Of a DNA stretch of 64,000 nt, positions 50,683 to 59,282 are shown in pieces. Numbering within the stretch: the stretch's first letter is position 1; each line of letters starts with the position of its first letter. The position numbers and the translations under genes were made by a program. The DNA lies in IMG/VR virus record IMGVR_UViG_3300017951_000010, positions 1 through 64,000 of that record. One strand, 5' to 3'. Under the pieces are notes generated by a model, which did no database searches, had not been told where the DNA came from, and worked only from the letters and a program-made list of their open reading frames with translations. The stretch is from a virus.

Positions 50683-52011
50683 ATGTCAGATATGCCAAAA
50701 ACAATTAACGAAGCCCTTAAAATATTAGCATATAATGATTATCTATGGGGTGACCCCACAAAAAAGGCAATAAATGCCCATCCTAAGGACAGAGCAACTG
50801 TGTCATCATTAGCAGAATCACAATATGCGTGGACTGAAAAACAGGCAAGGCTGGCACTCGTAATACTGAAAAGATATCTCACGAAGTTTCAAGCACATGG
50901 CATGGATATAAAATCTCTGCTTGATGATCCCAAGTATGACGAACAATTCCGTGAAATCAATTTTAAAAAAACAATACAATACATCTCAATAGAAGATGAA
51001 GAATTGATAGAAGTACGATTTCCTTATCACAAAAAAGTCATCCAACTGATACGATGCCTCAAGGATAAAAGAGACCTCCCTGCAGGCTATTCCTCGTATG
51101 ATGGTGAGTCAAAAAAATGGTTGTTCAAAAAAACAGATGTGACAACATACTACCTTACATTAATTGCGGCACGATATGATTTTGAATTTTTAGATAAAAA
51201 AATAATTAAAGACTACGACAACATCAATAAATCTATTAAAAATCATAAAATACCTACTGCCACCATTGTTGGCGAACAAGTTTGCTTGTCCCACGCTCCG
51301 GAATCCATGCTGTCTTACTGGCAAGATACTCAGCAAGACAAACCTTTGTTGCATCAAATAGATGCATTGAAAAATATCCGAGTTGATGCCACACAACTTG
51401 TTTGCAGTGCTGAGAATCAACTGGCCTTAAAAATTGCCAATAACAACCACCATAAGTTATGGATAGATTCGAAAACATACTCCAAACAAGAAGTGGTGAG
51501 GAGTTTGTTTGAATTGGATGCCTTTCCTTTGGTAATGCCTTGCCATAGTGATTTACAGGAAGAAAATGAAGTAGAAGAATTTTGGGAGTGGCTTAACGTA
51601 TTCAAAATAAACGGGATCGACATACTCAAAGATTGTTCTTGGGGATTTGACCTCCGCGAACCTATATACAGGAAAGATGTGGAAAGGAACAATGAAAGAA
51701 CTTATCTGATTGACAGCACAAAGTCGAGACAGTTTTTCGAAAACTTGTATGAACTGCACCAGATGAGCAAACAATTTAAATTTATCGATAAAAAAACCAA
51801 AATACTTTTTGTAAGGAACAGGATACCACGTGCATTAATCAAGAGCAAGATACAACCAAAAACATCTCTAATAGCGTTAGGTGGTGGTTATTATGCTGGT
51901 GGCACAGAGAATCTGAAAAGACTGCTTGAAAATCTTCCAAAAAAGTTGTATTATAGTGATCACCAACCGAGTAGTTGGGACTGGAATGATCGCATTATAC
52001 AAAAAATTTAA
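50683..52011 (+). CDS. Hypothetical protein upstream of UvsW
   Basis: 442-aa ORF abutting the helicase gene. Confidence 0.75.
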   Translation: MSDMPKTINEALKILAYNDYLWGDPTKKAINAHPKDRATVSSLAESQYAWTEKQARLALVILKRYLTKFQAHGMDIKSLLDDPKYDEQFREINFKKTIQYISIEDEELIEVRFPYHKKVIQLIRCLKDKRDLPAGYSSYDGESKKWLFKKTDVTTYYLTLIAARYDFEFLDKKIIKDYDNINKSIKNHKIPTATIVGEQVCLSHAPESMLSYWQDTQQDKPLLHQIDALKNIRVDATQLVCSAENQLALKIANNNHHKLWIDSKTYSKQEVVRSLFELDAFPLVMPCHSDLQEENEVEEFWEWLNVFKINGIDILKDCSWGFDLREPIYRKDVERNNERTYLIDSTKSRQFFENLYELHQMSKQFKFIDKKTKILFVRNRIPRALIKSKIQPKTSLIALGGGYYAGGTENLKRLLENLPKKLYYSDHQPSSWDWNDRIIQKI

Positions 52012-53475
52012 ATGAGCAGTTGTAAATTAGTAATAAAAGACGAAGTAAATGTGAAGTTTGAGAATCTATCTCTCGAATGGCGCAAAAGACTGTCAAACAA
52101 ATTCAAATATGAGATACCATATGCAAGGCATCTGCCAGCAGTGAAATTGGGCAGATGGGATGGTAAGGTAAGTTTCTTTGGATTGGGAGGCACCACGTAC
52201 CTCAACCTAGTTGACCAAATACTTCCTATACTAGAAGAAGGCGGCGTATATGTGGACTTCGAAGACAGACGTCAACAACACAATTATGAATTTAAAAAAG
52301 TAGACAAGGACTACTTGTCGCACATCACGTGGCCAGACAATCATCCGTGTGCAGGACAGAAATTACAACTTCGTGACTACCAAGTTGAAACCATAAACAA
52401 GTTTATAGAGAATCCTCAGTGCATACAGGAGATTGCCACGGGAGCAGGTAAAACTATAATCACAGCGGCATTGTGTCAATTGGTTGAACCATACGGACGT
52501 ACATTGACTATTGTTCCAAACAAAAGTTTAGTGACTCAGACAGAGGAAGACTTTCTCACCTGTAATTTAGATACTGGCGTGTACTATGGTGACAGGAAGG
52601 AACTTGGTAGGTACAATACAATCGCGACATGGCAGAGCTTGAACGTTCTGGAAAAGAAAGCCAAAGACGAACACACAACAGAGTTCCTTGAAGCAATACA
52701 AGGCATCAACACAATAATAATTGATGAGGTGCACATGGCAAAAGCAGACGTGTTGAAGAGATTATTGACTGGTCCATTTGCACACTGTGGCATACGTTGG
52801 GGTCTCACAGGTACTGTACCAAAGGCAGATTATGAATTCATGGGCCTGAAATGTAGCATCGGTGAGGTTGCAAATAAAATACAGGCCAGTGAACTACAGG
52901 AGAAAGGTGTGTTGGCAAACTGCCACGTGAATGTGTTGCAGACACAGGACCATCCACAGTTCAAAACATATGGAGAAGAATTGAAATGGTTAACCACAGA
53001 CCAAACAAGAATGACTTGGGTAGCACAGACAATACAAAGTATCTCAACATCAGGGAATACTTTGATACTAGTAGATAGAATAAGTGCAGGTGAAATACTA
53101 GAGAAGAAATTAAAGGACTCAGTGTTTGTGTCTGGGTCAACAAAAAACACAGATAGAAAGGAGCAGTACGATGAAGTATCTACTAGCCAAAATAAAATTA
53201 TTATTGCCACATATGGAGTTGCCGCTGTTGGCATTAATATTCCTAGGATTTTTAATCTTGTCCTAATAGAGCCAGGTAAGTCATTTGTGAGGGTGATACA
53301 GAGCATAGGTCGTGGGATCAGAAAAGCAGAGGACAAGGACAGTGTGCAGATCTGGGACATTACCAGCAGTTGCAAGTTTGCAAAAAGACACCTGGGGGCG
53401 AGGAAAAAGTTTTACAAAGAAGCCAATTATCCATACAAGATAGAAAAGATAAATTATGAAAACAATTTTAATTGA
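52012..53475 (+). CDS. uvsW: SF2 DNA helicase UvsW
   Basis: LRDYQ, ATGAGKT, IDEVH, GLTGT, QSIGRGIR. Confidence 0.93.
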   Translation: MSSCKLVIKDEVNVKFENLSLEWRKRLSNKFKYEIPYARHLPAVKLGRWDGKVSFFGLGGTTYLNLVDQILPILEEGGVYVDFEDRRQQHNYEFKKVDKDYLSHITWPDNHPCAGQKLQLRDYQVETINKFIENPQCIQEIATGAGKTIITAALCQLVEPYGRTLTIVPNKSLVTQTEEDFLTCNLDTGVYYGDRKELGRYNTIATWQSLNVLEKKAKDEHTTEFLEAIQGINTIIIDEVHMAKADVLKRLLTGPFAHCGIRWGLTGTVPKADYEFMGLKCSIGEVANKIQASELQEKGVLANCHVNVLQTQDHPQFKTYGEELKWLTTDQTRMTWVAQTIQSISTSGNTLILVDRISAGEILEKKLKDSVFVSGSTKNTDRKEQYDEVSTSQNKIIIATYGVAAVGINIPRIFNLVLIEPGKSFVRVIQSIGRGIRKAEDKDSVQIWDITSSCKFAKRHLGARKKFYKEANYPYKIEKINYENNFN

Positions 53476-54160
53476 TGGTTGTAGTTATGGTTTAATTTTT
53501 AGCCATCATTTGATAAAGCCTTTTTTCAATGAAAAGTTTGGAGCAAGTAACATCGTTAATATAAGCAAAACAGGTGCTTCGTTTGATACCCAAATCAAAA
53601 ACTTAATAGAAACTTTGTCTGTTGGTGACAGACCAGATTTGATACTTATTCCGGTCACTCATATGACCAGATACGATGAACCTGTTAGTAAGAAATTTGA
53701 TCCTGCTTTGGCCTATGATTGGCCTTTGTGTGTTTCAATGGATCCTTTTAAAGATAAACAAAATCTAAATTCAAGATTTCAATCAAAGTTTAATTTAGAT
53801 TTCATCAATGGCCTGTTGAAAACTAAAACCATGCTATACAACGATGTAACTAGTTTTAACAACCTTTTGGTAAAAATAATCACTTTATCGGCTTTCCTAA
53901 AAAGCAATGGGTACAGGTATGTAATATTCAATATGTGTAATAACTTCAAAAAGTTGCGTGACATAAATTTTAATAAAACCAAATTAATACAAGACGATGT
54001 GAATGTTATGGAACTATTTGACTTTTGTGGTAATGAATATATGCATCAATTTTCAAAGGGTATACCTCAGGAACAAAAGTATTTTCATCATTATGAGGAA
54101 CATGAAAATATTCAATTGTTAAATTATATCAATTCCTATATAATAAAAAACAATATATGA
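53456..54160 (+). CDS. AT-rich SGNH-like hypothetical protein
   Basis: IDGCSY, NISKTGASFD, YVIFN; visibly more AT-rich than flanks. Confidence 0.6.
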   Translation: MKTILIDGCSYGLIFSHHLIKPFFNEKFGASNIVNISKTGASFDTQIKNLIETLSVGDRPDLILIPVTHMTRYDEPVSKKFDPALAYDWPLCVSMDPFKDKQNLNSRFQSKFNLDFINGLLKTKTMLYNDVTSFNNLLVKIITLSAFLKSNGYRYVIFNMCNNFKKLRDINFNKTKLIQDDVNVMELFDFCGNEYMHQFSKGIPQEQKYFHHYEEHENIQLLNYINSYIIKNNI

Positions 54161-54660
54161 AAATCCTTACACTTGATGACAGAACCTACAAACTGGAAAA
54201 GATCCCGGAATGGGTAGATGAGAACTTGAGATTTGCAGTTTTGGACAACTCGGATCCAAGCAATCCAGATTTCTTTTACATTCCGTTGATCTTCTTAGAA
54301 AGTTTCAATGCGCCCGCGGCGGTTCTCGAAATTGGCGAACACAGAATCAAAATGCCTCTTGACTGGAAGATGCTGATAGGTGAAGCAGGACAACAGGAAA
54401 TGCATCTCTTACCTATCACGAGTTTGAACGATAGAGGATTCGATGCATTCACGTTCAATCCTTTATCAAGTGCAAAACCAGAATTCCTACCAATAGACAT
54501 AGTTGATATATACACCGAGGTCAAATGGTACTTCCCAAAAATAAAGTCAGGGCAGATGTTGGCCGTGCCACTAACTGATGGTGCAAAACCTCTATGTGCC
54601 TACTTTGTAAAAGATATTTCCAGACAATGTGAACAGGTTGACTATGGCTCGGTATGGTAA
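54157..54660 (+). CDS. Hypothetical protein
   Basis: 167-aa beta-rich ORF in operon. Confidence 0.75.
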   Translation: MKILTLDDRTYKLEKIPEWVDENLRFAVLDNSDPSNPDFFYIPLIFLESFNAPAAVLEIGEHRIKMPLDWKMLIGEAGQQEMHLLPITSLNDRGFDAFTFNPLSSAKPEFLPIDIVDIYTEVKWYFPKIKSGQMLAVPLTDGAKPLCAYFVKDISRQCEQVDYGSVW

Positions 54661-54889
54661 AAAATCAATCCATATAGAAGCACCTATATTAAAAATCCAA
54701 AACAAATATGTGTGGATGGAGGAAGAATGGATAAAAGATTTTATGGGTTGGCTTAACCAAAATAATTTCCGTATTACAGGTTTACAACACATGAACAAGA
54801 AACTAAAATTAACATTTAAAACAGCAAAGGACTGTACAATTTTTGGATTAAAATATGCCGGGAAAGACAAACAAAAAAAAGTTTTTTGA
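54644..54889 (+). CDS. Hypothetical protein (start revised to MARYG)
   Basis: Fills the operon gap. Confidence 0.6.
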   Translation: MARYGKKSIHIEAPILKIQNKYVWMEEEWIKDFMGWLNQNNFRITGLQHMNKKLKLTFKTAKDCTIFGLKYAGKDKQKKVF

Positions 54890-55322
54890 CCTAAGGAACG
54901 GCCTTAAGGCTGTTGATTTTAGAAATAAAAACTACTACGACAGGGTCGACGACGAAGAAAAAAATTTGTATTCACCTTTCATGTTAATGAGATACGTGTC
55001 AACGGTGTCGTCAAAGGACAGATTTTATACAGAACACTATGTTGAAATGGTGAATGAATGTGTAAACAAAAACATGAAAAATTTACAATGGTACAAAGCA
55101 CACAAAAAATTAGCATGGATTTTAACTTCTATGTGCGGTGCACTACAACAGCAGTTTCACCCATGGATAAAACCAATGAAACGTGTAACAAATAAAAGCC
55201 TAGATCAATTGAAGTCAATATACCCCACATGGCACACAGATGACCTCGAGGCTTTAGACAAAGTACTGACCGACAAAGAACTAGAGGAGTTGTTGGAGGA
55301 ACATGGCATCGAGTCAAAATAA
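54855..55322 (+). CDS. Clamp-loader small subunit gp62-like
   Basis: YSPFMLMRYVS..N..FHPWIK pattern resembles gp62. Confidence 0.55.
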   Translation: MPGKTNKKKFFDLRNGLKAVDFRNKNYYDRVDDEEKNLYSPFMLMRYVSTVSSKDRFYTEHYVEMVNECVNKNMKNLQWYKAHKKLAWILTSMCGALQQQFHPWIKPMKRVTNKSLDQLKSIYPTWHTDDLEALDKVLTDKELEELLEEHGIESK

Positions 55323-55989
55323 ATGCACGTACTGTGGCAAGAACTTTGCAAAGGCAAGGACACTTCAAGTACACTTATGTGAACCAAAACGCAGATATTT
55401 ACAACGTGATGAAAAATGGGTAGTGAATGCTTTCATGGTATTCCAAAGGTTCTATCAAATTCATCAACACGGTTCAAAACTTAAAACCTATGATGATTTT
55501 GTCAAAAGTGCATACTATAATGCATTTGTAAAATTTGGCAGGTACATCATGCACATAAATCCGTTGTATCCAGAAAAATATATCGACTATGTGCTTCGCT
55601 CAAAAATTAAATTAGATCATTGGGCAAGAGATGATTTATACGAAGTATACTTGATTGAAACATTAAAAACTGAACCAGTTGAAGCGGCCCTCCAAAGGAG
55701 CATCACAACAATGATGGATTGGGCAAACGAACAAAACGCACAATGGTCAGACTATTTCAGATTGGTTAACACTAACAGAGCGGTAGCTCATATACAACAG
55801 GGAAAAATAAGTCCGTGGTTGTTGCTCGGTTGCAATGCAGGCAAAAGGATGTTAAAATCATTCAACGACGAACAATTACAAATGATAGAAAAATTTATAA
55901 ATCCAAGTTTCTGGCCAAGCAAGTTGAAAAGTTATCCAGCAGATCACATGCTGGTGCAAGACACAGCAAGAGAGGCCAAAATTGTCTAA
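55303..55989 (+). CDS. Zn-finger-containing hypothetical protein
   Basis: N-terminal CTYC..HLC. Confidence 0.7.
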   Translation: MASSQNKCTYCGKNFAKARTLQVHLCEPKRRYLQRDEKWVVNAFMVFQRFYQIHQHGSKLKTYDDFVKSAYYNAFVKFGRYIMHINPLYPEKYIDYVLRSKIKLDHWARDDLYEVYLIETLKTEPVEAALQRSITTMMDWANEQNAQWSDYFRLVNTNRAVAHIQQGKISPWLLLGCNAGKRMLKSFNDEQLQMIEKFINPSFWPSKLKSYPADHMLVQDTAREAKIV

Positions 55990-56215
55990 GATCAAATTAG
56001 AAATAAATGACGATTTGAAATTTGAAGATGGCGACTGTGCTGTGATTATCAAGGATGATGGATCTATAGGAAGAGTGATAATGCCGGATATGGACAAAGA
56101 CTACTTGAATACAGAAGGTTACAGAAAACTGCTTGATGTCATTGAGGTGTTGGATCCAGGAAGCAAAGAACAGTTCATCAAATACAATGAGAAAAACAAA
56201 GGGAGTGTACACTAA
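55982..56215 (+). CDS. Hypothetical protein
   Basis: Overlaps neighbours; TAATG coupling to next gene. Confidence 0.55.
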   Translation: MSKIKLEINDDLKFEDGDCAVIIKDDGSIGRVIMPDMDKDYLNTEGYRKLLDVIEVLDPGSKEQFIKYNEKNKGSVH

Positions 56216-56805
56216 TGCCTGACGTAGACATAGACTTCTATGACAGAGACGGTGTGCTGAAACTGTTCAAACACACACCAGCAACAATCATAAAAGACAA
56301 CAAGGCAGAAAAACATAAAACAGGTGTTTACTTTCATGCTTGTCCGGAACACCCTGTTACGGGACACAGCACTCTGGACTACAAAAAGGCCGAGGACAGA
56401 GGATATTTTAAAATAGACATGTTGAATGTGAACATCTATAAAGATGTCAAATCTGAACAAGAATTGGTAGAGTTGATGATACAGGAACCAGATTGGGACA
56501 TGCTTAAAAATCCAAAGACTGTTGAGAAACTTTTCCACCTAAACGGCCATTACAACATCGTTTCAAAGTTGGAGCCACGAAATATTGAACAACTTGCGGC
56601 TGTACTAGCAATCATACGTCCTGCAAAAAGGCATCTAATGTACAAGGACTGGAAAGATATATTGAACGAAGTATGGATTCGTCCAACCGATGGATCTTAT
56701 TTTTTCAAGAAGTCCCACGCCATAGCATATGCACAGGCCATAGTTGTCCAAATGAATTTACTGAGCAGAGCTAAATATAGTTTTGATGCAACATCAAAAA
56801 ACTAA
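56215..56805 (+). CDS. Minimal DnaE (Pol III alpha)-like protein, 196 aa
   Basis: PDVDIDF, KHKTGVY, GYFKIDMLN, LAIIRP, FKKSHAIAYA in DnaE order. Confidence 0.85.
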   Translation: MPDVDIDFYDRDGVLKLFKHTPATIIKDNKAEKHKTGVYFHACPEHPVTGHSTLDYKKAEDRGYFKIDMLNVNIYKDVKSEQELVELMIQEPDWDMLKNPKTVEKLFHLNGHYNIVSKLEPRNIEQLAAVLAIIRPAKRHLMYKDWKDILNEVWIRPTDGSYFFKKSHAIAYAQAIVVQMNLLSRAKYSFDATSKN

Positions 56806-57064
56806 AAGACTTAGAAAAAAACTTCCAATACAGATCAAAGACCTAGGTGATACCCAAGCAGTGGTCGACTTGTCTGCATTCTTATCGGCTCAAGTAAAGG
56901 CAGGCAACAAGTACAACGTAAAGGTGCTTAACAAAGAAGGACAACTAGATCAACATTTTGTCGATGTTGAACTGCCATACTGGCAGGAAATTTGGGCTCC
57001 GAGGGGAATAAAGATTAGATATGATCGCAGACAGCGATCTTTTTTTTTGACTGTGATTAGGTAG
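56786..57064 (+). CDS. Hypothetical protein
   Basis: TAAATA (56772) 8 nt before ATG. Confidence 0.55.
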   Translation: MQHQKTKRLRKKLPIQIKDLGDTQAVVDLSAFLSAQVKAGNKYNVKVLNKEGQLDQHFVDVELPYWQEIWAPRGIKIRYDRRQRSFFLTVIR

Positions 57065-57431
57065 GTTTACGAACTAGTTGGATTGTCCTTCTCTTCACCC
57101 GTTTCTTTGAAATTTGAGACAGTTTTACGGTAGGTCCATGCACTATCTCTACATCTTTGGAATTTAAACTTACTAACGTCGATCTGAAATACCTAAATTG
57201 TCCTTTCAAAAAGATGTTGATTGGTAATTTTCTATTAGACTCATGCCACCAGGTCTCTCCACACTTTAAAAAACGCATCTTGTCCGCTGGCATCATAAGC
57301 CTTCCATAATCGTAAAAACTTATAACATTTGCATCTTCATTCTGCACAATGCCAACGTATTCCAAATCGCCCTTTCTGATCAGGCTTAAAAAGGGAAATT
57401 TATCCCTTAAGGTGTAAAAAATTTCGTTCAT
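57057..57431 (-). CDS. Hypothetical protein with basic C-terminus
   Basis: 124-aa ORF; WWHESNRKLPINIFL. Confidence 0.7.
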   Translation of the reverse strand: MNEIFYTLRDKFPFLSLIRKGDLEYVGIVQNEDANVISFYDYGRLMMPADKMRFLKCGETWWHESNRKLPINIFLKGQFRYFRSTLVSLNSKDVEIVHGPTVKLSQISKKRVKRRTIQLVRKPT

Positions 57432-57463
57432 GCTCTATCTATAAATACTGTTAAATATGTATT

Positions 57464-58258
57464 ATGCAAACAGTATCAAGGTATTTACTCAACAATGTGG
57501 TAATTGTTTACCAAAATGGTTATCATGGAAGGAACTCAAAGGTGTACGATAGAAGACTTACAATTCATAGAGGAGTTACAAATCCACTTACCTTTACGTT
57601 CAAAAATGAGGATCAGAAAGCCCAAGATGTGTCATCGAAGACAGTGGCCAGTGGAAACTACTACCAATTGGTGATTGTTGATACCGAATCAAAGAAAGCG
57701 GTTATCACAAAAAATTTGACTATTTTAGACGACGGAAGCACAATTACAACTAAAGGACAAGCAAAATGTGAGATATCAGACGGAGACCTTTTGGCTTTAG
57801 ATGCAAAATTTTACGAGTATTCAATTCAGGAAATCAAATCAGACGGCAGTACGCTGGTCACTTATGCAGATACAAGTTACGTGGCGGGGGGTAGCATAGA
57901 AATATTAGACACAGCATATCCACAGTTCACACCTAGTTTGACCGTGAGCAGTTTCACGTTGTCCAGCGATATTTTCACATCCGGTGCTGTTAAGGGACGT
58001 CCGGGTATCAACAACAACAAGGCACTACACACTGTTGCCATTTATCCAAATAACTTTTCGGGCACAGTGGAAGTACAAGGTACCATGGAAACTGTTCCGT
58101 CTGCGAATGACTATTTTACAATTACCAGTACTACAATGACCGACTCGTCAAGTGTTACAAGTTTAAACTTCACAGGTGTTTTCCAAAATGTGCGTTTCAA
58201 GGCCACCAGAACATCTGGTAACACTGGTAAGATTGACAAAATACTTTATAGACAGTAA
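57464..58258 (+). CDS. Putative virion structural protein
   Basis: S/T-rich beta protein; TAAATA at 57442 and 57452 (6 nt before ATG). Confidence 0.65.
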   Translation: MQTVSRYLLNNVVIVYQNGYHGRNSKVYDRRLTIHRGVTNPLTFTFKNEDQKAQDVSSKTVASGNYYQLVIVDTESKKAVITKNLTILDDGSTITTKGQAKCEISDGDLLALDAKFYEYSIQEIKSDGSTLVTYADTSYVAGGSIEILDTAYPQFTPSLTVSSFTLSSDIFTSGAVKGRPGINNNKALHTVAIYPNNFSGTVEVQGTMETVPSANDYFTITSTTMTDSSSVTSLNFTGVFQNVRFKATRTSGNTGKIDKILYRQ

Positions 58259-58261
58259 AAT
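58233..58261 (+). promoter_or_regulatory. Sigma70 promoter of primase
   Basis: TTGACA-17-TAAAAT, 7 nt before ATG. Confidence 0.8.
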
Positions 58262-58268
58262 ATAGGGT

Positions 58269-59282
58269 ATGAACCTGATCCAATCTACTATTCTGACAAG
58301 TCTACCTGCGGCTAGGAAAAAAACTCCCAGTGGCTGGATATCTTTCAATGCGCCTTGTTGCGTACACAACGGCGAGACGGCAGACAAAAAGAAACGTGGT
58401 GGCATAATGACCAGTGCAGACGGAACAGTAAGTTATCACTGCTTCAATTGTGGATTCAAGGCCAGTTACGTGATCGGCAGGAAGCTCACGTACAAGATGA
58501 GGCAGTTCATGGGCTACATCGGCATACCCGACGACACAATAAAGAAGTTGGCCATAGAGGCCATGCGTGAAGAAGAGAACGACATCAAGTATGAGAAAAA
58601 GAAATTTGTAAACTTTAAAAACAAAGCACTGCCAAAAAACACACACAAACTTGATATTTGGCTAGAGAAATATATCGGAAACGACTTGACAGAACCGCAA
58701 TGGAAAAAAATTGATGGACTACTCAAATACCTAGGAGATAGAGGCATTGGCCCTGATTGGTATGATTTCATGTACTCTCCAGACAAGATGTGGGACATAC
58801 ACCAACGTCTGTTAATACCATTCTATTGGAGGGGTGACATTGTTGGTTACACAGGAAGAATATTTGAAGAATCGCGTGGTGTAAAATATTACACCGACGT
58901 ATGGCCGGGGTACGTGTTCAACATGGACGCACAGGATTGGGCAAGGAAATTTGTTATAGTCACTGAGGGACCTTTTGATGCCATTGCCGTTTCTGGAGTC
59001 AGCATACTGGGGTCGGAGATAAATGACACACAAAGAGAGTTGATTAATAATCTTGGAAGAAGAGTTATTGTTGTACCGGACAGAGATGCACCTGGAGAAA
59101 AATTGATTGATCAGGCGACAGAGTTTGGATGGAGCGTGGCCTTTCCTGAATGGGATAACAGTATCAATGATGTTGCAGATGCAGTAAAGAATTATGGGAG
59201 GCTGTACACGATACAATCTATTTTGAAAACAGCAGAAAGTACCAAACTTAAAATTGACCTGAAGAGGAGGATGTATGGTTAG
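58269..59282 (+). CDS. DNA primase (gp61-like, Zn ribbon + TOPRIM)
   Basis: PCC..HCFNCG, TEGPFDA, PDRDAPG. Confidence 0.9.
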   Translation: MNLIQSTILTSLPAARKKTPSGWISFNAPCCVHNGETADKKKRGGIMTSADGTVSYHCFNCGFKASYVIGRKLTYKMRQFMGYIGIPDDTIKKLAIEAMREEENDIKYEKKKFVNFKNKALPKNTHKLDIWLEKYIGNDLTEPQWKKIDGLLKYLGDRGIGPDWYDFMYSPDKMWDIHQRLLIPFYWRGDIVGYTGRIFEESRGVKYYTDVWPGYVFNMDAQDWARKFVIVTEGPFDAIAVSGVSILGSEINDTQRELINNLGRRVIVVPDRDAPGEKLIDQATEFGWSVAFPEWDNSINDVADAVKNYGRLYTIQSILKTAESTKLKIDLKRRMYG

